Below, in pieces: positions 21,124 through 32,029 of a stretch of DNA of 64,000 nt. Position numbers and translations under genes: made by a program. Position 1 is the first letter of the stretch. Each line of letters starts with the position of its first letter. This stretch comes from Candidatus Hikarchaeia archaeon HikBin5 (GTDB lineage: Archaea; Halobacteriota; Halobacteria; Halobacteriales; Hikarchaeaceae). The notes beneath the pieces are model-generated. The model worked only from the letters and a program-made list of their open reading frames with translations, ran no database searches and was not told the origin of the DNA. The stretch covers positions 1,588 to 65,587 of the forward strand of contig WTZU01000004.1 in the NCBI GenBank assembly GCA_009889625.1. Direction: 5' to 3'.

Positions 21124-21197
21124 TCCGGCTTCCCCGATTTGAACGGGGGACAAAGCGGTCTACAGCCGCCCACTCTACCAGGCTGAGTTAAAGCCGG
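21124..21197 (-). tRNA. tRNA-Tyr (GTA), no intron
   Basis: Reverse complement CCGGCTT...GGCGG-CTGTAGA-CCGCT...GTTCAAATC...AAGCCGGA; archaeal C1-G72 pair. Confidence 0.96.
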
Positions 21198-21320
21198 ATA
21201 TGCTCCACTATAGTGGTTTTTGCGATTTAACTATTGTCATAATGAAGTAAAGATCAGGAGGGCGGACCACAATTCTCAACCGCAAATGATAAACGCAAAA
21301 CAGCAGTAACCGTGATTGGT

Positions 21321-21405
21321 GCCAAGTTAGCCTAGCCCGGCCAAGGCGGTCGCCTCGAAAGCGACTGTCCAATAGGACACGGGAGTTCAAATCTCTCACT
21401 TGGCG
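21321..21405 (+). tRNA. tRNA-Ser (CGA)
   Basis: GCCAAGT acceptor stem, GTCGC-CTCGAAA-GCGAC anticodon arm, long variable arm GTCC-AATA-GGAC, GTTCAAATC, discriminator G, followed by a T-run. Confidence 0.96.
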
Positions 21406-21513
21406 TTTTTAAATTTACAACATTTTGTGCCAATCCATTTCCCATCCCGAAGTATTATGTAATCCACCTCCTTATATTTATACAACAAATTATCTCTTCA
21501 ATTTTATTTAACT

Positions 21514-22731
21514 ATGTCTCCTTTTTTCACTTTAAAAAATTTAAGTTCGGAGATCCAAACCCTCCGAAGTGATAAAAGAAGCAGAGTTCTACTATCTGTG
21601 GCTCTTGGCTGGTTTCTAGTTTTGGGAATGCGATTGGTCATCCCTGTGATCTTGCCTGGAGTTATCGAAGAATATGATTTATCTTTAACTGCGGCCGGGG
21701 GTGCACTCACTCTACTGTGGATTGCCTATTCCATCGTACAGTTCCCTGCTGGCATTTTCACAGACAATTTTGGCGAACGGAAAATTCTAACTATGAGCAT
21801 TTTCATCGGAACAATTGGGGTTTTTCTCTTTTCACTTTCCATTAATTTTAATTTTTTCTTATTTGCTTGTATAATATTTGGCCTCGGATCTGGACTTTTT
21901 GGAACTCCTCGTGTAACTGCCCTCTCTAAATTATATCCTGAAAATGATGGGACCGTTCTAGGCTTTACTTTTTCTGCAGGCAATTTTGGATCTGCAGTAT
22001 TGCCCTTTATTGCCGGAATTTTTGCCACATACCTTGGATGGAGATTTGGATTCATTTTCTGCATCCCCATTTTTATAATAACTATTTTGCTACTCTGGAA
22101 ATCTCCGTTTAAACCACCTTCTTCATCAACTTGGGGGCGTTCTGATTTCTATAAAAATATTCGGCTATTCATACGTGGACTTTCCAAAAAAGATGTTTTA
22201 TTAGTGAGCAATGCTACTCTTTTATCCGTTTTTACATTTCAAGGATTCACATCATTCTTCCCCTTATTTCTAATCACTATGAAAAGTACTAGTGTTACAA
22301 TGGCAACAACTCTTTTCTCTGTATTTTTCATTGTTGGGTCCATATCCCAACCCATTTCTGGAATTCTGTCCGATAAATATGGTGAAAGGCGCATATTACT
22401 CTATCTCGCAGCGTTACATACAATTTGCCTCTTTGCTTTGCCATTTGTACATGGTCTTATCCCTCTAATTTTCCTCTCCATCCTCCTTGGAACTCGAGCA
22501 GGACTAGCGCCCGTAAATAATGCCTATCTTGCTTCTTCAATACCCCCAAAAGTACAAGGATCCGGTTTGGGTTTCCTTCGATCTATCTTCATTGGAATAG
22601 GTGCATTTGCCTCCTTTATTGTGGGATTTCTAGCAGATAATTATTCATTCGATATAGCATTTATATTCTTGGGTTTTCTGTTCTTTATAGCCACCATTTG
22701 TTATCTTTTCCTCCCACCATCCCGGGAATAA
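21514..22731 (+). CDS. MFS transporter
   Basis: About 12 TMs; motif A twice (GIFTDNFGER, GILSDKYGERR). Confidence 0.92.
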   Translation: MSPFFTLKNLSSEIQTLRSDKRSRVLLSVALGWFLVLGMRLVIPVILPGVIEEYDLSLTAAGGALTLLWIAYSIVQFPAGIFTDNFGERKILTMSIFIGTIGVFLFSLSINFNFFLFACIIFGLGSGLFGTPRVTALSKLYPENDGTVLGFTFSAGNFGSAVLPFIAGIFATYLGWRFGFIFCIPIFIITILLLWKSPFKPPSSSTWGRSDFYKNIRLFIRGLSKKDVLLVSNATLLSVFTFQGFTSFFPLFLITMKSTSVTMATTLFSVFFIVGSISQPISGILSDKYGERRILLYLAALHTICLFALPFVHGLIPLIFLSILLGTRAGLAPVNNAYLASSIPPKVQGSGLGFLRSIFIGIGAFASFIVGFLADNYSFDIAFIFLGFLFFIATICYLFLPPSRE

Positions 22732-22738
22732 CTTTTCC

Positions 22739-24007
22739 TTATATCTCTAAGACTTCTACACCTCTGCTTCTAACTTCTACTGGATCCAATCTCGCCTCTC
22801 GTAAAATTTGATCATATTCTCTTTCGCACCTCTCTGATACCTTCTGTCGTTCTTGCGCCCGTTTACACAAACCATCTAAATTATTGGGTATCTCTTTAGT
22901 ATGGACTATCCAATGATTTACCAAATCGCTCATCCTCCGAATAGGGGATGTAAAGTGGCCGTATACATCAAAATTTAGTGCGTGGTGCCCTCCGAATGGA
23001 TCTGGCATATACATAGCTCGGGGCATTACTCTTAATACTGCCCTTCTTATCTTTTCAATTTGACGCCCATCTGCCGATTCTATGGCACTATTCACGGCCA
23101 TTCTAGGATCTTCCAAAGTAGAAGATGGTATCTGCACTCCCTCTAATTTTTGTATCTCTTGCAATGCAGAATCCCATTCTCTCGGGGTGGGTTGAGGATG
23201 AACTCTATACATAGCTTCTACTCCTCGGTTCCACATCAATTCATGAGTTACTGCTTTGTTTGCTTTAAGCATGCATTCTTCAACTATCATGTGGGATCTA
23301 TCGCGATTTTGGTTAAGAACTAGCGATCCATCCTCTTTCCTCTGTCTCTGCAACCTTTCTGTCACTTCACAAATCTTCATACATTCTTCATGTAGTGGCA
23401 GGTCTGGATCTTCTAATCTTTTTTCACATTCTCTATATGTCAACCTTTCATCAGACCTAATCACTGCCTTATAGATATCTATTGATTCATAACTTAGACT
23501 ATCCTTGTTAATGTACATCTCTACTGCATGTGCTAACCTATCTTCACCAGGGACTAGAGAACAAACATCTTCTGCTAGATATCTAGGTAACATGTGTATT
23601 GTATGCCCTGACAAATATGTTGAATTTCCACGTTCCATCGCAAATTCCCATGTTTTTGTACCTGGGGCAACATAGTGGGTTACGTCGGCTATGTAGACCC
23701 AAATTCTATATCCGTTCTCATCTATCTCCACACTAAGAGCATCGTCAAAATCTTGCGCACTATATGGATCTGTTGTCCAAGTGATGAGCTCTCTGAGGTC
23801 TTTTCTATTTTCAAGCTCAAGTTCTATTTCTCGCTTATTATTCCCTGCCCATCCTTTTGATTCTTCAATAACATCTTCTGGAAATTCATCCCTTATGCCG
23901 AATTTCTCCAATAGTGATTCTCTTTTCTCAGTTACTTCCTTATAAACCTCTTCTGAGATGCAAATCGGCTTTTCATCTATGGGATTTTCCTTTTCATTCT
24001 CCTTCAT
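22739..24007 (-). CDS. RNB-domain exoribonuclease (RNase R/II family)
   Basis: TTDPYSAQDFDDALS, IADVTHYV, HFTSPIRRMSDL. Confidence 0.93.
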   Translation of the reverse strand: MKENEKENPIDEKPICISEEVYKEVTEKRESLLEKFGIRDEFPEDVIEESKGWAGNNKREIELELENRKDLRELITWTTDPYSAQDFDDALSVEIDENGYRIWVYIADVTHYVAPGTKTWEFAMERGNSTYLSGHTIHMLPRYLAEDVCSLVPGEDRLAHAVEMYINKDSLSYESIDIYKAVIRSDERLTYRECEKRLEDPDLPLHEECMKICEVTERLQRQRKEDGSLVLNQNRDRSHMIVEECMLKANKAVTHELMWNRGVEAMYRVHPQPTPREWDSALQEIQKLEGVQIPSSTLEDPRMAVNSAIESADGRQIEKIRRAVLRVMPRAMYMPDPFGGHHALNFDVYGHFTSPIRRMSDLVNHWIVHTKEIPNNLDGLCKRAQERQKVSERCEREYDQILREARLDPVEVRSRGVEVLEI

Positions 24008-24054
24008 ATTTTATATCATAAATTTTAAAGCTCCCCTCCGATTTATTTTTTTCC

Positions 24055-24531
24055 ATGCAGGTTATTTCCCGCCACAACCTCCGAAACGATTCGATACGCG
24101 AATTCAAGTCTTCAATATCTTCTTATTTTGATGTCGAATTGCCAGGATCAAAATATGAACTCGTTGAATTGTCTCACCCCCTCATTGATATTGTACTTAT
24201 TGACAAAAACCCTCTTGCATGCTATATTGACGGCTTCCCTTCCCTTACTATAAAAGGTGCAAATATTTCCCCCCCTTCTAACAAAATAGTTTGCGTAGAT
24301 AAAGGGGCAATCAAATTCGTATCCAATGGTGCAGATATTATGAAACCCGGGATCACGCGGGCCGATTCCTCTATAGAGTCCGGGGACCTCGTAATCGTAA
24401 CAGAAGAAGTCCATGGAAAAGCTCTTTGTGTGGGTAGGTCACTCAAGCCTTACGAATCCCTCCTTGGGAATTCAGGAAAAGCAGTAGAATCGATACACTA
24501 TGTCGGCGACGAATTATATCATTTCTTCTAA
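24055..24531 (+). CDS. PUA-domain RNA-binding protein (DUF1947/Tma20-like)
   Basis: VDKGAIKFVSNGADIMKPGI, GKAVESIHYVGDELY. Confidence 0.9.
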   Translation: MQVISRHNLRNDSIREFKSSISSYFDVELPGSKYELVELSHPLIDIVLIDKNPLACYIDGFPSLTIKGANISPPSNKIVCVDKGAIKFVSNGADIMKPGITRADSSIESGDLVIVTEEVHGKALCVGRSLKPYESLLGNSGKAVESIHYVGDELYHFF

Positions 24532-24537
24532 TTATGT

Positions 24538-24747
24538 CTATGCTCCTCCTTCTTCCCCTTCGATATCATATCGCATATCTCCCTCATATATGTAAGTCAC
24601 ATCTTCCAGTTCATCTAGTGTTTTCACATGAGAATCATCACAATGTGGCTTTCCCTTTGATAATCCACACATGCAAATCAAGACTGAGTCCTCACTAGCC
24701 GGTAATTTAACTGGTCCTTTCTCTTCATGTATAACAAATCTTGCCAT
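24538..24747 (-). CDS. CDGSH iron-sulfur domain protein
   Basis: ICMCGLSKGKPHCDDSH (CDGSH variant); ATG 24747. Confidence 0.88.
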   Translation of the reverse strand: MARFVIHEEKGPVKLPASEDSVLICMCGLSKGKPHCDDSHVKTLDELEDVTYIYEGDMRYDIEGEEGGA

Positions 24748-24907
24748 ACTTCTATTTCTATTTTTAAAATTTAAAAACATTACAATTCAACTCTCCTTCA
24801 TCCTCTCTATTTTCCGTTCTGGCCATTAAAATTCTATATCTGGGTGCCCATTTTCGAAGGAAAATCCGGCCGTAAGAACTATGCCCTCTCCTGCGCTCTA
24901 TCCACAT

Positions 24908-25261
24908 ATGGGAATTGTGGATAAATTTCTGAGTGGTGGAAAACGAACCATCCAAGATTATATATCTCTAGATAGTGATGATATTGAGAAAACAACAGCA
25001 GAAGCATTTCAAGTCCATATTGCTGAAATTTATGATATAGAAGATGTCATCGCAGTCAAAGACAAAATCTACGATGGGGATCTAGTTATTGCCGATATAA
25101 CTCGTCTAAGAACTAAGGATTCTGTCATGAATCGAATCACAACCGAACTAAACCAAGTGGCACAAGAAGTTGGTGGGGATATAGTTCTAAGCGGGGATGA
25201 TCAAATAATAGCTGCACCTGCTGGAGTCGCAATCAACCGTGAGAAAATCGGACGGAAATAA
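24908..25261 (+). CDS. sepF: Cell division protein SepF
   Basis: N-terminal amphipathic MGIVDKFLSG, KDKIYDGDLVIADI, VGGDIV, IIAAPAGVAINREK. Confidence 0.9.
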   Translation: MGIVDKFLSGGKRTIQDYISLDSDDIEKTTAEAFQVHIAEIYDIEDVIAVKDKIYDGDLVIADITRLRTKDSVMNRITTELNQVAQEVGGDIVLSGDDQIIAAPAGVAINREKIGRK

Positions 25262-25288
25262 TTTCTAAACCAGACTACTTTTCTTATC

Positions 25289-25654
25289 TTATTCAACTTC
25301 TCGTTTCATTGCTGCTCGACGCGCTTTCGAATCCTTTCCAGTTGCTTTTAATAAAAATTCATTTTTCACAGAAACGGCATCTCCTGCTAGTTCTATGTGC
25401 CCACTTGCAATGATTTCTGCTATTGGGAGCTCTTCAAAATCCACAATAAGCGTATCTTTCTTACCTGGATATTTCCCCGCACCAATACTCACCTTCTTGA
25501 ATATTGGGTTAGTTGGAGATTCCACTACGTATAATTCTTGACCATCTCTATTTTCTGTACTTGTTATTGGGCCAAAATATCCTTCAATCGATTCTTTAAG
25601 ATCTGCTATTCTTTCCTCTAACGTGGTTCCTCTTTTAATTTCATATTCTTTCAT
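25289..25654 (-). CDS. Conserved archaeal hypothetical protein (DUF5611-like)
   Basis: MKEYEIKRG...NEFLLKATGKDSKARRAAMKREVE pattern; near sepF as in haloarchaea. Confidence 0.7.
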   Translation of the reverse strand: MKEYEIKRGTTLEERIADLKESIEGYFGPITSTENRDGQELYVVESPTNPIFKKVSIGAGKYPGKKDTLIVDFEELPIAEIIASGHIELAGDAVSVKNEFLLKATGKDSKARRAAMKREVE

Positions 25655-25666
25655 TTTATAATTCTC

Positions 25667-26377
25667 CTATCTTTTTCTAGATCTTCTATCAATCAATTCT
25701 TCATCAATATATCCTTTCCTGCATGCTGGACAAATATCTCCTTTCCTCAACGCAGATTCATATACGGGAGTCTGGTATTCACATTCTTTGCACACATAGG
25801 CAGTCTGGGTATCTTTCTTCCTCCTGCCTCGGGCACTCTCTGACTCCTCAGCTTCATCTTCATCCCCTTCCGATCCGATATCATTTTCCAATCCAATGTC
25901 TTCTCGCTCTGGAAACTCAACAACATTTTCATTATTCTCTTCTTCTTCCTTCAAAGATTTAGGAATTAAACCCCCTCCAAATTCCATATTTTCAACAAAT
26001 GATTCTGGTATGTTGGCACTGAAACCTTCGTCTTCACCTGTTGCTTCGGGCCATTCCACTACCTCTTCATCGACCCATTCTATTGTATTCTCTTTATCAG
26101 TATCTTCTGAATTTTCTTCAGATTCTTCTATGGGTTGGTTTTCCATATTTTCCATTATTGGTTCAACAATTGGTTCGGCATTTTCCATCTCTGGCTCGGC
26201 AGCAATTTCTGACCCAACACTAATTTCTTTATATTCACTTAGTATCCGAACTTCATCACATCTATAACATTTCTTGTATTCGATAATTGTTGTAACCATT
26301 TCTCCCCCTTGCTCATTTTTTTCCTCAGATCTTTGAATGCCGCTATACGAATGACCAAAGATACATAAAATGCCCAT
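25667..26377 (-). CDS. Acidic protein with terminal Zn-finger motifs (DUF7093-like)
   Basis: MGILCIFGH...CYRC, Glu-rich middle, CKEC...SALRKGDICPACRKGYI. Confidence 0.75.
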   Translation of the reverse strand: MGILCIFGHSYSGIQRSEEKNEQGGEMVTTIIEYKKCYRCDEVRILSEYKEISVGSEIAAEPEMENAEPIVEPIMENMENQPIEESEENSEDTDKENTIEWVDEEVVEWPEATGEDEGFSANIPESFVENMEFGGGLIPKSLKEEEENNENVVEFPEREDIGLENDIGSEGDEDEAEESESARGRRKKDTQTAYVCKECEYQTPVYESALRKGDICPACRKGYIDEELIDRRSRKR

Positions 26378-26425
26378 TAAATTACTAGACGCTTCCCTCT
26401 ACTAAAAACCCTATCTTTTATCATT

Positions 26426-27514
26426 TCATTTTTTATTCCCTTTCATGGCATTAAATTGCCCTCTCGAAAATAAAGACGTGGGCCTGTCCATATGGACTCC
26501 TATCTCGCCCGAGAAAAATTTTAAACCCATTTCTTGTACCACTCGTGGGAGCGAATAACCTTTTCTTATCCATTTCCCCATCTCTATTTCCCGACCTATC
26601 TCTTTTCTCCATCTCGATTCATACATTTTAATAGTGTTTATCTCATTTGAATTTACCACCTTTGCCGCACAATTTGAAGCCATCAATCCGTAAATTATTC
26701 CACCTCCTGTAAATGGCTTTGTCTGGCTAGCAGCATCTCCTATTAGGAAGCCTCTGTTAGTACTAACACTTGCAGGGGGTCCTATTGGTATCATCCCAGA
26801 ACACCTTTTCTGGATATGGGTTCCCATTGAATCAGTTAATTTTTCAAATCTTCCTATTATGTCTGTATCTGGGGACCCCGCAATCCCGTATTCTACTCCT
26901 GCGGCACCTCTAGGTATTCTCCATGAAAAAAACCCTGGAACATTCAAATAAACGTCAACAAAATTCCCAAAATCTTCTGTGAAATCAAACCCCAAAATCC
27001 CATGTAATAATTCTTTTGGTTCTTCCAAACCCAATGAACGTCTAACTCTAGAATTAGGGCCATCACATCCCACAACGACCTTGGTATCTATCTCTTGTTT
27101 CCCCTCTGGACTTCTAACTTTGACAATTACCTTTTCTTCCAATTCTTCTACACCAATTACTGTATGTCTCTCTTTTATTTCTGCACCAGATTCGATTGCC
27201 ATTTTGGACAAACAACGATCCAATTCAACCCTATCAATCACATTTGATATTGGCTCCTTTTTATAAAAAGTATGAGTTTTTCTACCCTCTCCTCTCACAT
27301 GAAATCTTGCCCCATAAATTTCATTTTGAATCAATCTAGATTTATTTTTATGGGGTATGTATCTCCACAAATCCAAACTAACATGTCCTGAACAGGATAA
27401 TGGAGTTCCTATTTCTCCTCCTTCTAGTATGATAATTTTGTTTCCCAATTCTGCACTTTTATGCGCAAAATGGGATCCTGCCGGGCCTCCCCCTGCGATC
27501 ACAAAATCATACAT
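26426..27514 (-). CDS. Geranylgeranyl reductase family FAD oxidoreductase
   Basis: AGGGPAG, IDRVELDR, VVGCDGPNSRVR, LIGDAASQTKPFTGGGI. Confidence 0.9.
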   Translation of the reverse strand: MYDFVIAGGGPAGSHFAHKSAELGNKIIILEGGEIGTPLSCSGHVSLDLWRYIPHKNKSRLIQNEIYGARFHVRGEGRKTHTFYKKEPISNVIDRVELDRCLSKMAIESGAEIKERHTVIGVEELEEKVIVKVRSPEGKQEIDTKVVVGCDGPNSRVRRSLGLEEPKELLHGILGFDFTEDFGNFVDVYLNVPGFFSWRIPRGAAGVEYGIAGSPDTDIIGRFEKLTDSMGTHIQKRCSGMIPIGPPASVSTNRGFLIGDAASQTKPFTGGGIIYGLMASNCAAKVVNSNEINTIKMYESRWRKEIGREIEMGKWIRKGYSLPRVVQEMGLKFFSGEIGVHMDRPTSLFSRGQFNAMKGNKK

Positions 27515-27538
27515 AATATGACTTATATTCGCATCCCA

Positions 27539-30424
27539 TTACTTGAGTTTCTCTTTTAGATATTTTCCCGTATATGACCTCTCATTCTCAATTATTTGTT
27601 CAGGAGTTCCTTCTGCTATCACTTCTCCTCCTTTCTCACCACCTCCTGGTCCTAAGTCAATAATATAATCTGCATTTTTTATCAAATCAAGTTCATGTTC
27701 GATAACTACCACTGTATTCCCTCTATCTACTAATCTATGCAATACTTCAATCAGTCTGGCTTCATCTTCCGAATGGAGCCCTGTAGTAGGTTCATCTAGT
27801 AAATACAAGGTGTTTCCTTTTTCTCGCTTCCCCAATTCTTGCGATAGTTTGACCCTCTGCGCTTCTCCGCCCGATAGTGTTGTAGAAGATTGTCCAAGTT
27901 TCATATACCCCAGGCCAACATCGCATAGTAACTCTAGATTTCGAAGAATTTTCTTATTATTTTCAAAAAAGCCCCTTGCTTCTTCTATTGACATATCTAG
28001 AACTTCTGCAATACTCTTGCCCTTGTATCGAACCTCTAAAGTCTCATCATTATATCTGGTCCCTTTACATTCGTCACACATAATATATACATCGGATAAA
28101 AAGTTCATCTCTATTTTTACATCCCCTTGACCATTACAACTCTCACATCTGCCCCCTTTAACATTGAATGAGAATCTACCTGGTTTATATCCTCTTTGGA
28201 GAGACACTTTTGTTTTAGAGAATAACTCTCGAATATGTGTAAACACGCCTGTATATGTCGCGGGATTCGATCTAGGGGTTCTTCCTATTGGATTCTGATC
28301 AATCAATCTAACATTCTGAATTTGATTGTGTCCCTTTACATCTTTGTGTTCCCCTGGAACCATTGATTTATTTTTGTGAATCTCGCGAGCTAAGTTTTTA
28401 TACAAGATTTCATGAATCAACGTAGACTTGCCCGATCCAGATACGCCCGTAATCACTGTTAAAACACCAATTGGTATGGCTACATCAATATTCTTTAAAT
28501 TATGTTGGGATGCTCCTTTTATCTCTATATTTTCACTACCCTTCCTCCTAATTTCTGGAACAGGTATTTGTTTCTCTCCTGAGAGGTATTTTCCAGTTAG
28601 GGACTCATTGGATTTCATAATCTCACCCACCGTACCTTGTGCTACCAATTCTCCCCCATTTCTCCCTGCACCAGGACCTATGTCGGCAATATAATCTGCC
28701 CGGAACATAGTTTCTTCATCATGTTCTACCACTATGAGTGTATTTCCCATATCTCTCAGCCCCTCGAGAGTCTTTAACAACCGATCATTGTCTTTTTGAT
28801 GAAGTCCAATGGATGGTTCGTCCAATACATACAAAACTCCCACCAAGCCCGATCCAATTTGTGTTGCAAGTCTTATTCTTTGGCTTTCCCCTCCGGAAAG
28901 CGTTCTTGCTTCCCGATCCAATGTCAGGTATTCTAGCCCAACTTCGCACATAAAATTCAGTCTGAAATGAATTTCCTTTATAACTTGTTCTGCAATCCGC
29001 TTTTCTCTATCATTTAAACTTCCATCCAACTCTGAAAAATAAGACAAAGCATCTCCTATTCCCATCTGATTAATTTCAGTTATGCCCCTTCCTGCAACTT
29101 TAACCGCTCTACTTTCTGGTTTTAATCTCGTACCTGAACATGAATTACAGACACTAACTGCCATGTATCTTTCTATATGCTCTCTTGTCGATTGAGAATC
29201 TGTCTGAATATATCTCCTCTCCAAACTAGGGATCACTCCCTCAAACGGACCCTCTCTCCACCGCATCCCTCTTCGGGTCCATCTTCTTAACTTGACCCTT
29301 TCTTTCGTACCCCATACAAATGCATCTTGTATTTCAGGATCTAGTTCTCCAAATGGTGTGTCAACTGATACATCAAAATGCTCTGCTAGAGAATCTATCC
29401 AACCTCTATATACTGGGGCTTTATAATTCCATGGTTCAATTGCTTCTTTTAAAGGTAAATTTTCATCTTTTATTATCAGCCCCTCGACCACTTCCTTTAG
29501 ATGACCAAGACCTTCACATTTCGGACATGCACCATGAGGACTATTAAATGAAAAAGATCTAGTCTCTATTTCTGGCAAATCTATTTTACAATTACTACAT
29601 GCAAACTCTTCGGAAAATTCTACAATCGATCTAGAGTCCGTTTCGCCCGATAAATCACCCGTCCTTCGAACTTGAGCACCCAATTTTATATCTGCCGTGT
29701 CTCCTGAAACAATTACTTTCACTATGCCCTTCGCCTCTCTTAATGCCGTTTCAACTGAATCATTAATTCTTGAACGCACACTTTCGGATATCTCGATCCT
29801 ATCTACTATTACATCAATTGAATGATCATATGTCTCTTCCAATTCTGGAATTTCCACTGCTAAATCATATTCTGTGCCATCCACTTCTATCCTTGTATAG
29901 CCCCTCGCAATTAAGTCCTTAAATAATTCTTTGAATGATCCTTTTTGATCCCTAATTATTGGGGCAGCTATTTTTATCCTTGATAATTCTGGCAATTCTA
30001 GAATTCGATTTACCATTTGTTGAGCAGATTGTTTGCCAACCACTTCTCCACAATTTGGACAGTGAGGTATTCCTATTCTCGCATACAGTAATCTCAAATA
30101 ATCATACAACTCTGTCACCGTTCCTACAGTTGATCTAGGATTATTGGCCGCATTTTTCTGGTCTATAGATATCGCAGGAGAAAGCCCTTCTACTGATTCA
30201 ACATCCGGTTTATCCATCTGACCCAAAAAATTCCTAGCATATGCACTCAAAGATTCTATATACCTCCTTTGTCCTTCTGCATAGATAGTGTTAAACGCCA
30301 AAGAGGATTTACCAGAACCCGATACTCCTGTTATCACTACCAATTTATCCCTCGGAATTTTAATGTTTAAATTTTTAAGATTATTTTCCGATGCGCCTCT
30401 TACTTCAATATACTCTTTTGCCAT
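27539..30424 (-). CDS. uvrA: Excinuclease ABC subunit A
   Basis: Two Walker A motifs (GVSGSGKS), LSGGESQRIRLA and LSGGEAQRVKL signatures, Zn fingers. Confidence 0.99.
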   Translation of the reverse strand: MAKEYIEVRGASENNLKNLNIKIPRDKLVVITGVSGSGKSSLAFNTIYAEGQRRYIESLSAYARNFLGQMDKPDVESVEGLSPAISIDQKNAANNPRSTVGTVTELYDYLRLLYARIGIPHCPNCGEVVGKQSAQQMVNRILELPELSRIKIAAPIIRDQKGSFKELFKDLIARGYTRIEVDGTEYDLAVEIPELEETYDHSIDVIVDRIEISESVRSRINDSVETALREAKGIVKVIVSGDTADIKLGAQVRRTGDLSGETDSRSIVEFSEEFACSNCKIDLPEIETRSFSFNSPHGACPKCEGLGHLKEVVEGLIIKDENLPLKEAIEPWNYKAPVYRGWIDSLAEHFDVSVDTPFGELDPEIQDAFVWGTKERVKLRRWTRRGMRWREGPFEGVIPSLERRYIQTDSQSTREHIERYMAVSVCNSCSGTRLKPESRAVKVAGRGITEINQMGIGDALSYFSELDGSLNDREKRIAEQVIKEIHFRLNFMCEVGLEYLTLDREARTLSGGESQRIRLATQIGSGLVGVLYVLDEPSIGLHQKDNDRLLKTLEGLRDMGNTLIVVEHDEETMFRADYIADIGPGAGRNGGELVAQGTVGEIMKSNESLTGKYLSGEKQIPVPEIRRKGSENIEIKGASQHNLKNIDVAIPIGVLTVITGVSGSGKSTLIHEILYKNLAREIHKNKSMVPGEHKDVKGHNQIQNVRLIDQNPIGRTPRSNPATYTGVFTHIRELFSKTKVSLQRGYKPGRFSFNVKGGRCESCNGQGDVKIEMNFLSDVYIMCDECKGTRYNDETLEVRYKGKSIAEVLDMSIEEARGFFENNKKILRNLELLCDVGLGYMKLGQSSTTLSGGEAQRVKLSQELGKREKGNTLYLLDEPTTGLHSEDEARLIEVLHRLVDRGNTVVVIEHELDLIKNADYIIDLGPGGGEKGGEVIAEGTPEQIIENERSYTGKYLKEKLK

Positions 30425-30475
30425 TATCAATCAATTAAAATCTAACTAAGTACTCTATTAATCCTCACTTTACCA

Positions 30476-31216
30476 CTACACCTTTTCTGGTAACCATCCC
30501 CCATGAATTTCCAAATTGGAGCCACTGATATATTCTGCATCTTGGCCGATGAAAAATAACATTGCATTTGTCATCTCTTCCAACCTAGCTGGTCTCCCCA
30601 TGGGTATTTGATCCGGGAAAGTATCTGAATTTTCAACCACATATGGCGATAGTAAATTAACTGTAATTCCACTCCCCGAAGTATCCGAAGCAAGCATTCT
30701 TGTAAACATTTGGACTCCCACTTTAGAAACAAAATATGGGAAATTCTTTGCACTAACCAGGCCCTTCCCACTTGACGCATAACCTATGTTTATTATCCGC
30801 CCCCATGATTTTTCTCTCATTTTTGCAAGTGCTCTTTTTGAACATAAATATGTGCCAGTAAAGTTAGTTGCCATCACCCTTTCCCACGTCTCAAAATCAA
30901 TATCTTCCCAGTGCTTAGGGGAATGATCTCCTACATTATTAACTAATATATCTACTGGGCCTAGTACTTCTTCTATCTCTCCAAATAGGCATTCCACTTC
31001 CTCTGGCTTTCTGATATCCGATCTGACTTTGATGACCTCTGCCCCTTTACTTTTGATTTCTTTTACTGTATCTTGTGCCACATTTTCACTTTCTAGATAA
31101 TGTACAACCACCTTCGCACCACAATCTGCCAATCCTGATAAAAGGCCTTTCCCAATCCCCTGGGAGCTACCCGTCACTAGTGCAATCCTACCCGAAAGAT
31201 CTAGCAAATTGTTCAT
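30476..31216 (-). CDS. Short-chain dehydrogenase/reductase
   Basis: TGSSQGIG, DILVNNVG, YFVSK. Confidence 0.92.
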   Translation of the reverse strand: MNNLLDLSGRIALVTGSSQGIGKGLLSGLADCGAKVVVHYLESENVAQDTVKEIKSKGAEVIKVRSDIRKPEEVECLFGEIEEVLGPVDILVNNVGDHSPKHWEDIDFETWERVMATNFTGTYLCSKRALAKMREKSWGRIINIGYASSGKGLVSAKNFPYFVSKVGVQMFTRMLASDTSGSGITVNLLSPYVVENSDTFPDQIPMGRPARLEEMTNAMLFFIGQDAEYISGSNLEIHGGWLPEKV

Positions 31217-31249
31217 CTACATCTCCTACGTCCCTCTACCTACTATACA

Positions 31250-31828
31250 CTATCCATCCCCGTGTTCATCAACAATTACCACTTTTCCTTTAACAACATC
31301 AATGTTTATCAAGCTTTTAACTTCATAATTCTTGCCAGTGGTTTTATTTTCCCCTCCTACTTTATTTATCACTGCAATAACATCTACAACTTCTGCACCT
31401 ATTTTCTCTAATGCTTCCATTATTGCAATTATGGTGCCTCCTGTAGAGATAACATCATCTAATAACAGAACCCGATCTCCCTCCCTGATGTCATTTATAT
31501 ACATTTCACTCTTTGAATACCCAGTCTCTTGCATCAAAGCAACCTCTCCTTCAAGCCCATATTGTCTTTTCCGGACAACCACTAATGGTATGTCTGTAAC
31601 TAGTGATAGTGCAGTCGAAATATGTATTCCCATGGCCGCAGGAGTAACTATCTTATCAATATTTTCTAAGTTCTCTCTCTTAACTTTATTAATTATTTTA
31701 ATAACAATTTCCCTTAGTAATCCAGGCTCTAACATTGGGACTCCATCTGAGATAGGGTGCACAAAGTAGTGGTATCCGTCCTTTTCTATTATCGGGGCCT
31801 CTAAAAGTGACCTCTTCAACCAATCCAT
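31250..31828 (-). CDS. hpt: Hypoxanthine/guanine phosphoribosyltransferase (archaeal)
   Basis: [21 protein letters not shown] motif [12 protein letters not shown]. Confidence 0.92.
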   Translation of the reverse strand: MDWLKRSLLEAPIIEKDGYHYFVHPISDGVPMLEPGLLREIVIKIINKVKRENLENIDKIVTPAAMGIHISTALSLVTDIPLVVVRKRQYGLEGEVALMQETGYSKSEMYINDIREGDRVLLLDDVISTGGTIIAIMEALEKIGAEVVDVIAVINKVGGENKTTGKNYEVKSLINIDVVKGKVVIVDEHGDG

Positions 31829-32029
31829 GTTCTATCTGTCCTCTGGGGTACAAAAAGATCTTCGGAATATATTTTGTTTAAATTGGAATTTTAGTTTCTC
31901 CTCCTCTGACGCAGAACGAACCTATTGTTCATTCATTTTCAATCTATATTCTATCTCCATTTGCATGAAATATAGGTTGGTTCAATATTCAAAACGTTTA
32001 ATTAAGTTTAGAGTCAGAAACGTTTGATT

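Noticed and set aside
21208-21399. 63-aa ORF between the tRNAs
   Set aside because: It is antisense to tRNA-Ser and spurious.
21406-22731. MFS gene after tRNA-Ser as an integrated element
   Set aside because: No duplicated tRNA 3' end or mobility gene was found.
31827-32027. 66-aa ORF between hpt and mrpA
   Set aside because: It spans an AT-rich divergent promoter region and has no recognisable motif.
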